A stretch of 61,979 bases of DNA, filler included, from Chiloscyllium plagiosum (lineage: Eukaryota), in NCBI RefSeq assembly GCF_004010195.1. It is 3 parts of one record of this genome, joined end to end, with 100 filler letters (N's around TTAATTAATTAA, not from the genome) between each part and the next. Parts side by side here need not be neighbours in the genome. Positions count along the whole stretch, not along the records: positions 1 to 23,128 come from NC_057716.1; 2 more parts are not named here. One strand, given 5' to 3'. Under the pieces are notes generated by a model that saw only the letters and a program-made list of their open reading frames with translations, searched no databases and was not told where the DNA came from. A program made the translations under genes and the position numbers. Shown here in pieces: positions 1 through 12,117 of this stretch. Within the stretch, counting starts at the first letter, position 1, and each line of letters opens with the position of its first letter.

Positions 1-110
1 AATCCCGGAACCTGCAACAGCCAATCCTGTCCCTGTTCTAGCCATGTCTCCGTAATAGCCACAACATCGAAGTCCCAGGTACCAACCAACGCTGCAAGTT
101 CACCTACCTT
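1..110 (-). mobile_element. CR1-type LINE fragment, N-terminus of ORF2 APE endonuclease
   Basis: Reverse strand reads KVGELAALVGTWDFDVVAITETWLEQGQDWLLQVPG, the D-x-V-x-ITETWL endonuclease motif; same region seen again at ~14050-14200. Confidence 0.85.
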
Positions 111-189
111 TCTCGAACATTCCCACACATTCGATCTCCTGAGAGCAGACACGGATCATCTCTTTACAGTGCCACTGGTCGGTGAACCT

Positions 190-428
190 CTGACTAGAGG
201 GATAGCCTCAAAATGAGGAGGAAGATTTCGGACTGAATTAAGAAGGAACTTCTTCACCCAGAGGGTTGTGAATCTGTGAAGTCGTTGAGGCTTCCTCAGT
301 AAATGTTTTTAAAGCCATGATAGATTGTTTTTGAACAGTAAAGGAATTAAGGGATATCTGTGAGAGAGCGGGTTAGTGGAGCTGGGGCCATGAGATGATC
401 AGCCATGATCTTACTGAATGGCAGAGAA
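190..428 (+). mobile_element. CR1 LINE 3' end fragment
   Basis: Typical CR1 C-terminal/3'UTR text (AGGAACTTCTTCACCCAGAGGGTTGTGAATCTGTG ... GATCAGCCATGATC). Confidence 0.8.
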
Positions 429-429
429 T

Positions 430-790
430 GTCATTTATAGAATGTGACAATGTCATAAAGATCCACATCACAAAGGCCCATCTGTCCATCCAATCTGGTG
501 CAATCCATTCAAACTCACATTGGAAGTCTCTCCCCAAATTCCACTCAACTGGCCCCCTTGCACACAAAAACAATACAATTAAACCAATACCTTGATTATT
601 TGATATAAGATTCTCTTTTACAATCATACATTATTTGGAGAACTCCAACACCTCCTTTCCTTTTTGTCCAACTCTTCCAAAAATAAAACGTTCCTGATAT
701 TCACTTCCCAATATTGGTCACCCTGTCGTCATGTCTCTCTAATCTCATTAAATCATCTCCATTTATCTTAATGTATGCACTGAATTCCTC
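430..790 (-). mobile_element. Degenerate CR1 endonuclease fragment
   Basis: Reverse strand shows remnants of the ETWL..GDQ.WEVNI and GDF motifs. Confidence 0.5.
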
Positions 791-894
791 AACCTCTGTT
801 GAGAGCAGAACACACATTCCGGTCGAGTGCCTCTCATTCAGCTTTTGAAGCTATTATTCTGCTCCATTGTTGTCTTTATTTCTCATTTTGACTG

Positions 895-1335
895 ATCAAG
901 GGACAGTCTGACATTGTCACCCTCACAGAATCAGACCTGATGGGTAATGTTTCATGAAGCACCATCTCCATTCCTGGTACATCATGTTGTACTGGGCCGG
1001 ACAGACCCACCCGTGGTGGTGGCACCCTGATACATAGTCAGGAAAGGAGTTACTCTGCAATTCCCCAACATTGATTTCACAACCCCTGAAATCTCATGGC
1101 GACAGGAAATACTTGATGACGGACATCTGTTATCCTCCACACCACCCTCGGTGATAACTCAGTTCCCCTCGATGTTGAAAACACATTGCAGGAAGCACTG
1201 GGGGTGACAAGGACACAGACGGTCCTCTGGGTGTGGGACTTCAATGTCCATCACTAAGAGTGTGCCCACAGGCCTCCCACTGACTGAGCAGGGAGAGGCC
1301 TCACATACACAGCAGCCAGACTGGGGGAAACATTC
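895..1335 (+). mobile_element. LINE (CR1/L2 group) endonuclease fragment
   Basis: Remnants DIVTLTES, TISIPG, DRPTRGGG, VLWVWDFNVH. Confidence 0.65.
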
Positions 1336-1789
1336 TCACCAAACCCCTTGTCCCAGATGTATCTGTCCATAACAGTATTTATAACAGCACCCAGGACACA
1401 GTCCCAGTAAAGGAAAGTAGGACTTATTTCTAAAGGACAGACCATATTGAAACGGGTCATCCATGAGGCACTGTGGGTGATCAGCAAGCTGCAGCATCAA
1501 TGGCCTTCCCTCTATCATAGACTCAGAAGTGGGCTGTTCACTGATGGTCCGAAAATGGTCAGCACCAGTCACAACTAGACCTATACTGACGCAGGCTGTT
1601 CAGACCAAAATAAGTTTTGAAACATGAACAGAAAGAGGCCATTCAGCCATTCGAGCAGTGACTCAGTAATTGGAGCAGATCTTTTCATCTGTCATGTCTG
1701 TTACGCAGGAAATCCAAGGGAACATTCAGCTTTTCAATCTGCTACATGGGAATAGGAGGGGGACTCATTAATAAGCCAGAAGCAGTGAT

Positions 1790-2130
1790 AAACTTGGGAT
1801 AAATGAGTCTTTATCAGTTTAACAGAAGTTAACACTGACATAATGACCAGTGATGAGTCCTCAATTATTTACAACCAATGATTTAAATAAATGGAACAAA
1901 TGTACTGCAGCAAATGTGTCAATGATGCTCAGATAGGCAGGAAACTACATTATCAAGAGGAGGTAAAAAATCTGTAAATAGATAATCAACTGTCAACAAT
2001 TTAGCAGATGCAATATGACATGGATAAACTGTGGAGTTGTGAATGTTTCCGGAAGAATAAAAGGCTGTATATTACATAACTGGAGGGAGATTGCAGGACT
2101 TGGTGATCCAGTGTGACCTGGAGGGTTCCC
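1790..2130 (+). mobile_element. Degenerate CR1 RT fragment
   Basis: Resembles the FINDL...KFADD...Q.DID region and the DLGV motif seen in better-preserved copies in this window. Confidence 0.5.
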
Positions 2131-3521
2131 TCTGACCTGTTCAGACCTTGGAAGTGTTGCCTTGTCTCCCTGCTGGTTGCTGTCTGATGATTCCAGTGGC
2201 CCCATTGCTCTCAGTTCACATGAGATATTTTGATGTGGTTGACTGGTTGTGGGAGTGGTGAGTGGGAGGGTGTTTTGAACAGTCTAACAAGAAGATGGCC
2301 TTTATGCGAGATGCCATCCTTTCTTTTTACATGGAGACTTGAAGATGGTGGGAATGGCTGACTGCGACTGAATGAAGAGACTGTGGCTATTGCCAGGATA
2401 GTAGGTATTCACCAACATGCATGGACACACTGCAACATTCATGGAGTGAGAGTTTGGAGAGTCCAATCACAAGAATGAGAATATAAAATAAAGGCATTGC
2501 CAGATCAGCTGAAATGGTTAGTTATATCACATTCTCAATTCACCTCACAGAACCAACGCAGACACTGTAACCCAAGTGAGAGCATGAAGCAGTGTGTAGA
2601 GCCGGCCAGTGTACTGCTGAATACAACCCCAAAATCTGTGCAGAGTGGAATACTGTGCAGACTACTCAAGTGCATCAAACTAGTAACCTGGACTAGGTAT
2701 TTATCCAGCACAGGAAGCTGAGTAGATAATCCCAGTGCGTTGTTTGGTAATCCGATGTTAGGTCACTGCCCAGTGTGCTGAAACTTGCTGGAAATGACAG
2801 GATGTGCAGCTCCCATCCATTTACAGCTCCATATCTCCTTTGAGCTGTGGCAAACAGCGCTGTGGATGTGAAAATCACTGCCAGAGAAAGGTGTTGGGGG
2901 AATCAGTTTGAATAACAAATAGAAGGTGTTTGTGATGTGGACAGAGAGGGCGAGATTGAGAGACAATGTCAGAAGGATGTCATCACATGCCTCATAAGGT
3001 TGAGATGAAGTCATTTTAACAGCATCCTGCAACACGGGCCTGTATTTCCAGGAATGGTGAGTGAATGGAGTGTTAGTGTGTGTTCAGATGATGAAGAGTT
3101 TTGGATAAGTATTTGTTCTAATTGGGAATGGGGTCTGCAAAGTCTTTGACTCATTGGATTGAATTTGCCAATGATTTGTCTCAGTGTTATTTTCACTGAG
3201 TGTGACAGAGTCTGCACAAGGCCAGGCTTTTCTGGTGAAACATTTTGGGAATTTTATTGCACTTTCTCTGACTTTTGATGTTTTTTTGAAGTACTTTTCC
3301 AAGTTAAATTGAGAATGAATTCAAAGCCCTGAAACAATCCAGAATAGCAGCATGCAGGCCAGCAGTGGGTGTATTCACCTCCTCTGGCAATATCTCAGGG
3401 ACAATTTTGCAAGGAATTGGACAAAACTGCTCTGAGTTTCTAAAGCCATCCTTTGAAGAAGGAAACAACCGTGAAATGTAAGAGATTGATCATTTTGATC
3501 CTTCTCACAAAAAAAATGAGA

Positions 3522-3662
3522 CACTGACACTGGGCTGGACAAGGTCAGAAATCACAAAGCACCAGGTTATAGTCCCACGGGTGTTTTGTTTGAAATTACA
3601 AGCTTTTGGGGTGTTGCTCCATCGTCAGGTGAAGAGGTTGTCATTTAATTTCTGACCTTGAC
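3522..3662 (-). mobile_element. Short Penelope-related terminal repeat with degenerate hammerhead motif
   Basis: Homologous to 51420-51530 (CACCAGGTTATAGTCC...); reverse strand CACCTGACGATGGAGC...AAAAGCTT (GAAA mutated); short inverted ends CAAGGTCAGAAAT / ATTTCTGACCTTG. Confidence 0.65.
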
Positions 3663-3681
3663 ATAAAATATCGGCTGCTTT

Positions 3682-3713
3682 TGCAGTGGCATGGGGTGGC
3701 CAGCAGAGGGTGC
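3682..3713 (+). promoter_or_regulatory. Candidate CTCF site (core plus upstream motif)
   Basis: TGCAGTGGC-ATGGGG-TGGCCAGCAGAGGGTGC: core close to CCASYAGRKGGCRS, with a TGCAG upstream module at a 6-nt spacer. Confidence 0.4.
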
Positions 3714-3849
3714 ATGGCATTACTTCAGCACAAAGGGGACAGGCAGTTCGATCCCCATTTCAATGTTTCAGTCCAAAACAACAGAACTAACTGCACAGAG
3801 ATACACACATTGAGAAACTAAAACACACAACATACTGACAGATAGACGC

Positions 3850-4380
3850 ACATATTCATGGAGGCACACACAGACAGATACAGGCTCACACAGGCAAAAA
3901 ACATAAACAAACATGATTTCAGACACACACACACACAGACATGCACACACACAGACACACACACACATGCACACACACAGACACACACAGACAGACACGC
4001 ACACACACAGACACGCACACACNNNNNNNNNNNNNNNNNNNNNNNNNNNNNNNNNNNNNNNNNNNNNNNNNNNNNNNNNNNNNNNNNNNNNNNNNNNNNN
4101 NNNNNNNNNNNNNNNNNNNNNNNNNNNNNNNNNNNNNNNNNNNNNNNNNNNNNNNNNNNNNNNNNNACACAGACACGCACACATAGACACGCACACACAC
4201 ACACATACACACAGACACACATACACACACACATAGACACGCACACACAGACGCGCACACACAGACATACACACACACACAGACACACAACAATAAACAG
4301 ACAGAGGGACACAAAGACTCGGACAAACCCAGGTACAGAGGCACACAACTGTAAACACATGGACACATGCAGTACACATA
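3850..4380. repeat. (CA)n/(CAGACA)n low-complexity microsatellite spanning an N gap
   Basis: Direct reading; explains the HT/VC-rich ORFs. Confidence 0.95.
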
Positions 4381-5074
4381 AACAGTCAGAACAAGTCAGG
4401 AGTTTCTTTAGGACAGAGGTTGAGAAGTTGTTGATAAGGGGATACGTGTTACTGGAGAATGATGTTGGCAATCATATCAGCCATGGTCGAACTTCAGAGC
4501 AGACTTGGTGGGTGAAATGATCCAAAATTCTGAACCACATTTCTGATGCTGTTATAGTGTTAAGGTATCTTGAAATGTCCCCCTGGAATCCAGTGTAGGG
4601 TAAGGTTGCTGAATATTTGATTGGAGAGTCAATGCTACTGAGGGTCAGGTTTGTGGGGCTGAATGGTCCAAGTCAGTTCCCAATTGAGTCCTTCTGTTTC
4701 AAAAGAGATGGTGATTTGGTGTGAGGTTAACATAAGGAGTCTCTCATTGAGATAAGGATACCCTTTGTCATTTGGGATGTGCTATCTGTGGGGTCTTTAT
4801 CCCCAGGGAACAGTGAAGACTGAGTCATTGAAGATAGTCAAGGCTGAGCTTGATTGACCTTTGATGGACAGGAGAGTCAGTGATGATTTGGAACAACCAG
4901 GAAAGGAGCATTCAGCCACAGTCACATCAACCGTCAGCATTCTGAATGGTGTAGCAGGCCCGAGAGTCCAAATGGCCAGACAACTCTCCCAACCCATATG
5001 TTGTTCTCTCACTCAACTGCTCAAAGCTGCCACAGAGATAGAGGAAGATCCCATTCAGCTACTCAGGATCATTA

Positions 5075-5285
5075 CAATAGAACTTAGAACATTACAACAC
5101 AGTACAGACCCTTCGGCCCTCGATATTGCACCGACCTGTGAAACCCAATCTGAAGCCCATCTAACCTACACTATTACATTTTTGTATATATGTTTATCCA
5201 ATGACCATTTAAATGCCATTAAAGTTGACGAGTCTGTTGCAGACAGTGCATTCCATGCCCCCTACTACTCTCTGAGTAAGCAATG
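5075..5285 (-). mobile_element. CR1 LINE 3' tail
   Basis: Reverse complement of the same tail as 8480-8670 (GGGCCGAAGGG...TGTAATGTTCTA repeats). Confidence 0.8.
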
Positions 5286-5304
5286 AGACATGAGGCGACC
5301 TGGT

Positions 5305-5578
5305 GGCTGGCACGGTGGCACAGTGGTTAGCACTGCTGCCTCACAGCGCCAGAGACCTGGGTTCAATTTCCGCCTCAGGCAACTGTCTGTGTGGAGTTTG
5401 CACATTCTCCCCGTGTCTGCGTGGGTTTTCTCCGGGTGCTCCGGTTTCCTCCCACAGTCCAAAAATGTGCAGGTTAGGTGAATTGGCCATGCTAAATTAC
5501 CCATAGTGTTGGGAGTGGGTTGCGGGTCGGTGTGCACTTGTTGGGCCGAAGGGCCTGTTTCCACACTGTAAGTAATTT
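5305..5578 (+). mobile_element. HE1-type (V-SINE) tRNA-derived SINE, full length
   Basis: A box TGGCACAGTGG, B box GGTTCAATTTCC, V-domain GTGTGGAGTTTGCACATTCTCCCCGTGTCTGCGTGGGTT, LINE-like tail GGGCCGAAGGGCCTGTTTCCACACTGTA. Confidence 0.92.
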
Positions 5579-5649
5579 TAAAAAAAAAATCATTCTACCC
5601 CTCTATAGATTTACGCAGGAATAGAATGAAGGAATTCAGCCCTTTGTGT

Positions 5650-6420
5650 AATTACACAGCACAGAATGAGATCATTCAACTTTTTTAGGCAGCTAAATAG
5701 GAACAAATGAGCCCTGGTTTGTAACAGGAAGTACACAGTAGATAATTGTTTATTTTCTGGCTTTAAAGTTGTAACCAGTGGAGTGCTTGTAGGATTAGTG
5801 TGTGGTTATCAATGACTGAAATCTATGTTAATGCTTTAGAAGAGGGGACTGAATTGATTGGAGCTCCTTTGGCTCATTCCCCAAGATAGTCGTTCAATAA
5901 GCTATCAGGCAGAGATAGAGAGTCTCTAATGGGATATAATCGGTGGAGGTTAGTGAGCAAACCTTCAGCAGAAACAGTATAATGTGGTTCTGGTAAATGT
6001 ATGCTGTGATTGAATGACAAAGCTACAGGAAACATGGAGAGAAGGGATTTGAGGTGTCCTGACACACAGTTCACATAAAGTTAGTCTGCATCTGCAACAA
6101 CTGTAAGGTCTATGGAAAGATTTCTTATTTTTTGCGATGTGCATCAGGTAAAATGATGGGAACATTTTGCTGCATCTATACACAGTATGACTGAGACCAA
6201 GCCTGATGCAAGCAGTTTTGATCACCTACATTGAAAAATTAAAGGTATAATTGTGTTTTAAGATTTTCAATGTTTGACTTTACTTGTTCCAAACATAAAT
6301 GATTATGAAGGATTAACAGATTTAGCTGAAACTGAGAGAGAGAGAGTATCAGGAATATACCTCACAGATGTTTCCTCTTGCATGGGGGACTAAAACTAGG
6401 AGATTGGTTGTAATAATAAG
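5650..6420 (+). mobile_element. Old CR1 RT/3' fragment
   Basis: Remnants of VTSGV.G.VLG and DLGV motifs and the 3' MFPL..TKTR region. Confidence 0.55.
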
Positions 6421-6779
6421 ATGTATGACATTGTCAGACTGTTCCTTGAAGAGTCAAAATGAGGAATGGGTTGGAAAATGTTCATGGAAAACCTGGCTGG
6501 GTATGAAAGAGCTTTCTGATCTCTCTTTACAGAGCTCTCCCTCTCTGAAACTTGTGTTTCATTTGTTGGTCATGTTACAGATTCAGATTTACTGTGAATA
6601 CAGCCCCCATACTTCACCCAGAGATGACAAACAAAATCATCTGGTCTCTTGGACTTTAACATTCAACAACAGAATTTTCCAGAAAATAACAACTCACTAA
6701 CTTTCCAAAAAATAATCTGAGAATAAAAGATGTTAGAGTGGGTCATTTGGCCCTCAATCCAGCTGTGATCTTCAATTAG

Positions 6780-8672
6780 ACCAGTGAGCCTTACTTCAGT
6801 TGTTGGTAAAGTGTTGGAAAAGATTACAAGAGATAGGATTTATAATCATCTAGGAAAGAATACTTTGATTAAGGATAGTCAGCACGGTTTTGTGAAGGGT
6901 AGGTCGTGCCTCACAAGCCTCATTGAGTTCTTTGAGAAGGTGACCAAAGAAGTAGATGAGAGAAAACCTGTTGATGTGGTGTATATGGANNNNNNNNNNN
7001 NNNNNNNNNNNNNNNNNNNNNNNNNNNNNNNNNNNNNNNNNNNNNNNNNNNNNNNNNNNNNNNNNNNNNNNNNNNNNNNNNNNNNNNNNNNNNNNNNNNN
7101 NNNNNNNNNNNNNNNNNNNNNNNNNNNNNNNNNNNNNNNNNNNNNNNNNNNNNNNNNNNNNNNNNNNNNNNNNNNNNNNNNNNNNNNNNNNNNNNNNNNN
7201 NNNNNNNNNNNNNNNNNNNNNNNNNNNNNNNNNNNNNNNNNNNNNNNNNNNNNNNNNNNNNNNNNNNNNNNNNNNNNNNNNNNNNNNNNNNNNNNNNNNN
7301 NNNNNNNNNNNNNNNNNNNNNNNNNNNNNNNNNNNNNNNNNNNNNNNNNNNNNNNNNNNNNNNNNNNNNNNNNNNNNNNNNNNNNNNNNNNNNNNNNNNN
7401 NNNNNNNNNNNNNNNNNNNNNNNNNNNNNNNNNNNNNNNNNNNNNNNNNNNNNNNNNNNNNNNNNNNNNNNNNNNNNNNNNNNNNNNNNATGTTGTGTAT
7501 ATGGATTTCAGAAAGGCGTTCGATAAGGATCCCCACAGTAGGCTATTGCACAAAATGCGGAGCAATGGGATTTTGGGAGATGTAGCAGTTTGTATCAGTT
7601 ATTGGCTTGCTAAAGAAGACAGAGGGTGGTGGTTGATGGGAAATGTTCATCCTGAAGTCCAGTTACCAGTGGTATACCGCCAGGGTCGGTGTTGGGTCCA
7701 CTGTTGTTCGTTATTTTTTATTAACGACCTGGATGAGGGCGTAGAAGGGTGGGTTAGTAAATTTGCAGACAACACTAAAGTCGGTGGAGTTGTGGATAGT
7801 GATGAAGGATGTTGTAGTTTACAGAGAGACAAAGATAAGCTACCGAGCTGGGCTGAGAGGTGGCAAATGAAGTTTAATGCGGACAAGTTAGAGGTGATTC
7901 ATTTTGATTGGAACAACCGGAATGCAAAGTATTGTGCTAATGCTAAGTTTCTTGGCAGTGTAGGGGAGCAGAGAGATCTCGGTGTTCAGGTGCAGAGATC
8001 CTTGAAATTTGCCTCCCAGGTTGACAAGGTCGTTAAGAAGGCATACAGTGTTTTAGCTTTTATTAATAGAAGGATCGAGTTCTGGAACCACGAGGTTATG
8101 CTACGGCTGGACCAAAACTCTCGTACGGCCGCACTTGGACTATTGTATACAGTTCTGGTCACAACATTATAAGAAGGATGATGAAGTTTTGGAAAAGGTG
8201 CAGACGAGATTTACTCGTATGTTGCATGGTGTGAAGGGAAGGTCTTACGTGGAAAGGGTGAAGGATTTGTGGTTGTTTTCGTCAGAGAGAAGAAGGTTGA
8301 GAGGTGCCTTAATAGAGACATGTTATATAATCAGAGGGTTTAGATATGGTGGACAGGGAGAACATTCTTCCAAGAATGGTGACGGCGAGCACGAGGGGGT
8401 ATAGCTTTAAATTGAGGGGTGATAGATATAGGACAGATGTCAGAGGTAGTTTCTTTACTCAGAGAGTAGTAAGGGTAAGGAATGCTTTGCCTGCAACGGT
8501 AGTAGATTATCCAACTGTAAGTACATTTAAGTCGTCATTGGACAAGCATATGGACGTACATGGAATAGTGTAGGTTAGATGGACTTCAGATTGGTATGAC
8601 AGGTTGGCGCAACATCGAGGGCCGAAGGGACTGGACTGCGCTGTAATGTTCTCTGTTCTATGTTCTATGGTC
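6780..8672 (+). mobile_element. 5'-truncated CR1 LINE ORF2 (RT) pseudogene with intact 3' tail
   Basis: SLTSVVGKVLE, SQHGFVKGRSCLT, VVYMDFRKAFDK, FINDLD, SKFADNTK, YCIQFWS; frameshifts; ends in TGTTCTA-type repeats. Confidence 0.95.
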
Positions 8673-9578
8673 TAACTTCCTCTGCTTCTATTCAAGGATG
8701 TACTTGCGTTCTGTTCACTGTTTCATTGTGCATTATCTGAATGGCATTTTTACTAACGCCCATTTTCCCAAACGTGCACTGCGGCCTTCGCAGCTTTATC
8801 TTTCCACAAAGGCTCCCACATGGTGGAAGGGAAGAGGTTGCAGGTTATTCAACCAATGATGTAATCCTGAGGTCTTCCAATACCTCTCTAGCATGTGGGA
8901 GTATTCACAACAAGGGTTGCTCACCCATCACCGGGCTGCTAAATTTCAATTTTTTTTATCAATTTCTACAAATCTCTTGACAGTCTTCCCTCTATCTATC
9001 ACTGTCATGTCCTCCAGCCCACTCAAGTGCAAATAGAGTTGGTCAATAGTATGCAAACCCAGCCAGTGGACACAACACCCAAGATTATGTTTTAAAGTGA
9101 ACTCTCAGATATTCTGCATTTTCCTCGAATTCCAACCTCTGGAGCATGTTCGATTTGAACTGTTTTGCGTTTGGTGCCTAAACGTCACCTGCCAAGGCCA
9201 TAAATTATGAATTCCCGTGGCCACGTAAATCGCACCAGGCAAAAGGAAAGGAATTACTCACCAAGTGATTAAGAAAAACTGCAATACATGCTGAAATCAA
9301 TGGTAATGAGCTGGTATCAATACTACATCGTGCCTTTTATATAATAGAAGCTTCAAAACTTTTACTCTGTGTGAGTTTAAACAAATGTTGATTCCTGTCA
9401 CATTTTGAGATATTGGGAAGCTGACAAAGTGTTATATCAAACAAGTGATCAAAGAAGTGAGTTTCAAGTCGTATTTTGTCACACAAAACGAAGCTTGTAT
9501 CACAAAACTGAGATGACCGAAGTTTTTCTGCTAGAGGTCATCATCTTTTGTCAGTCTCAAAACGCTTCATACGTTAGT

Positions 9579-9636
9579 GCTGCCATAGGCTCAGTGGTTC
9601 GAGCCCAGGGATGTAACCTCGATTCACACTACAGCC
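9579..9636 (+). pseudogene. Possible internally deleted tRNA relic (Thr-TGT-like)
   Basis: GCTGCCATAGGCTCAGTGGTTCGAGCCCAGG resembles the 5' half of vertebrate tRNA-Thr(TGT) (GGCTCCATAGCTCAGTGGTTAGAGCACTGG); then TGTAA and a TCGATTC...GCC end; too short for a full cloverleaf. Confidence 0.3.
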
Positions 9637-10569
9637 TTGCTGAATTTCCTTGCAACTGTTGCAGCAAGCATCCGAATTATTTTTGAAGGAATTGCTGGAA
9701 GTCATTTTATAGGCAGACCTCCCACCCCCCCACCCGGCCCCAGGCCCCATTTGTTTCAGTTTGGAAATCCACATCCGTGCTTTTCCTTCGAGGAACATGA
9801 GGATGACAATTTTCTGATGCGAAGAATGCCTTCGTTTGGCAGGAAGAACAACGTGATTCATTAGAAGCAGAAAGGTAACGGTGAACAATGGGGGGGGGGG
9901 CGAAAACGTACAGGGATGCGGCTGAATGCTTCTGTTCCTTATGTCGAGACAGGAATCTGCTGGAATCCAATTAAACAGGCAGGAATTTGGAAGAGCACAG
10001 CTAGCCAGGCTGCCTCAGAGTTGGAGAAGTCAACGTTTAGCAGGTACCAATTATTGCCGATTGGGACAGTCCTTGAGGGACAGCCTCCTGCCTGTTTACC
10101 CCTCTGCTTATGTAAACAGAATCGTGTTTTAAAGCGAGTCATGAAGAAAGAAGAGGCCAAACGAGTCAATTCCTCATTTTATGGAAGTTGGCTTCTCCTG
10201 AGGCCTTTGTCAGTTTCAAAAGATGTGTCTGTATAGTTCCCTCTATGGGTCAAAATGAGGCTCAGTTCACCCGCAGTACATGAACAAATTTTACGGTATC
10301 TGACTTCAGTGTCATTCACTGGTTCGTTTGAGATTAAAACTTTGCAGGGAAAGTCTCATTCAGATGAACACTTCAGACGTCAGGCTGAGGGCCAATTAGT
10401 GAAAATTGGAAACGAAAATATTTGGATGTTTGATGACTGGCACTAACATAATGTATTATTCTGTGCTGGAAAAGCACGGTGTCACAAACACTCTTTTTTG
10501 GAAGGAATTTCTCATCGCAGGAAAAGAAACCTATGCTGTTAAGAGAAGATGCAATTGCACATGCCGTCC

Positions 10570-10641
10570 TTCCTGGTCGACTAGTGGTTACGATACAGCG
10601 CTTTCACTGCTGTGGTTTGAGTTAATTTCTCGGTCAGGGAA
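10570..10641 (+). tRNA. tRNA-Glu(TTC) pseudogene
   Basis: 72 nt colinear with vertebrate tRNA-Glu (TCCCTGGTGGTCTAGTGGTTAGGATTCGGCGCT.TCACCGCCGCGGCCCGGGTTCGATTCCCGGTCAGGGAA); anticodon loop CTTTCAC; B box degraded (GAGTTAATTTC). Confidence 0.85.
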
Positions 10642-10734
10642 TCTGGATTTATTGTTCCTGATAAGGGCAACAACACAAGTCGAGCGTCTTTGACATTTCG
10701 AACGCGTCTGCATGTGCCTTGCATAATTGTACAG

Positions 10735-10810
10735 GGCTGCAACGTGGCTCACTGGTTATCACTGCTGCCTCACAGCGCCAGAGTTTGCCTACAACTGGGT
10801 CGACTGTCAG
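10735..10810 (+). mobile_element. HE1 SINE 5' head fragment
   Basis: GTGGCTCACTGGTTATCACTGCTGCCTCACAGCGCCAGAG. Confidence 0.75.
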
Positions 10811-11025
10811 TAAGGTGCCTTATTCAGGAGCAAATGAACAGAAAAAGGGTAAGGAATTGTTTTGTGAGGGTTAATTCCCGGAGGATTGGTGTGTATTTGT
10901 TGCATCGAATAGCCAGTGTCTGAACTGTAGGCATTCCATGTTCCCTTATTGTGTTACTTTAGCACATATTCAGACAGGGGAGAAAAGTGAGGAAAAACAG
11001 GCACGACCAAATCAGTGTTGATCCA

Positions 11026-11110
11026 TTAGATTAGATTAGATTTGATTAGATTACAGTGTGGAAACAGGGCTTTCGGCCCAACAAGTCCACACCGACCCGC
11101 CGAAGCGCAA
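11026..11110 (-). mobile_element. HE1 SINE 3' tail fragment with (TCTAA)n
   Basis: (ATTAG)n followed by ACAGTGTGGAAACAGG..TTCGGCCCAACAAGTCCACACCGACC. Confidence 0.85.
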
Positions 11111-12117
11111 TTGTACAACAACCAACGGATTCACTTTTGACTGAACTCGCTCCCATTTTCCCTACATTGGTAATGGCAGTATACAGCAGTAGAGCGGGTT
11201 TTCATGTGTTGTTTTGGCCCCAGCATCCTTTCTAAACATGGACTATACTGGGACAATAAGAGATGATAAAAGACATGGATGGCGATGACTGGAATGAAAA
11301 TACGTCAGGAAGAATGGACAGCGTTTACTTGGAAACAGAAAAATGGAAAGGAAGCCAACGATGTCGTGGGGCATAATGCCATTTGAAAAGACAAAGCAGG
11401 GTTTCCTGGGTTGGTGGAAAAAACGAATAGATCATGTGGCGTGAAACCAGGTAAAACTGAGTTGTGTCCGTATATAGGATTTCTCGGCGATGTGAATTTG
11501 GTGAGAGTAAACATGAGGGAAATTCTCTCATTCAGATGGATCTATATCTGGAGTATAGAACTTGAAAACCAGCGATAAATAATAAAGAGAAGTTTGGAGC
11601 TCGCATTCTTTTTCTTTCTCCAGCTATTGAATTCGAAAATGATTACTTTTTCTCAGGAAAAATTATTCAGAAACTGATTCTCAAATATTTGTAAAGATGC
11701 GTGCAGACACACAAGGAGTGAATTTCACCAGAATGGGTAAACGTTAGGTGCACACTCTCTAATTGGTTAACGTTAATTGGAAAGAAACCTCATAACACCT
11801 GCAACTGAGCACGAGTAAGTATAGAATGAGTTGATTGTGAGGAAAGGTTGAGCAGCTTGTTCTACGTGTACGTCTATAAATTGTAAAAGAACTGAGCTGT
11901 TCGTGTTTGCTCAGCATTAAAGGGAAGCCAGTTAGCACAGTCTGCTGCATAATTAGTTTATGATTATAAAGTGACACCAACAGTTTGGGATTAATTGTCG
12001 TAATGTCTCAGCATACCCTCAGGATCCTGATCTCCCAACTCAGCTAATAAATTAGACGGTGGCGACAATCAAAGTGAAACTATACTATCGTGAGTTTGAA
12101 CAGACCTGCCGGTGTAA

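Noticed and set aside
3768..4520. Long HT-rich and VC-rich ORFs (up to 220 aa)
   Set aside because: Translations of a (CA)n microsatellite plus an N gap
5305..5378. SINE heads as tRNA genes (also ~10735, ~22275-22346, ~22400-22474)
   Set aside because: Match the HE1 SINE head, and most continue into the V-SINE body, so counted as SINEs
6784..8172. 462-aa ORF as a functional reverse transcriptase gene
   Set aside because: Inflated by a 500-N gap, frameshifted within RT, catalytic ADD reads ADN; it is a dead CR1
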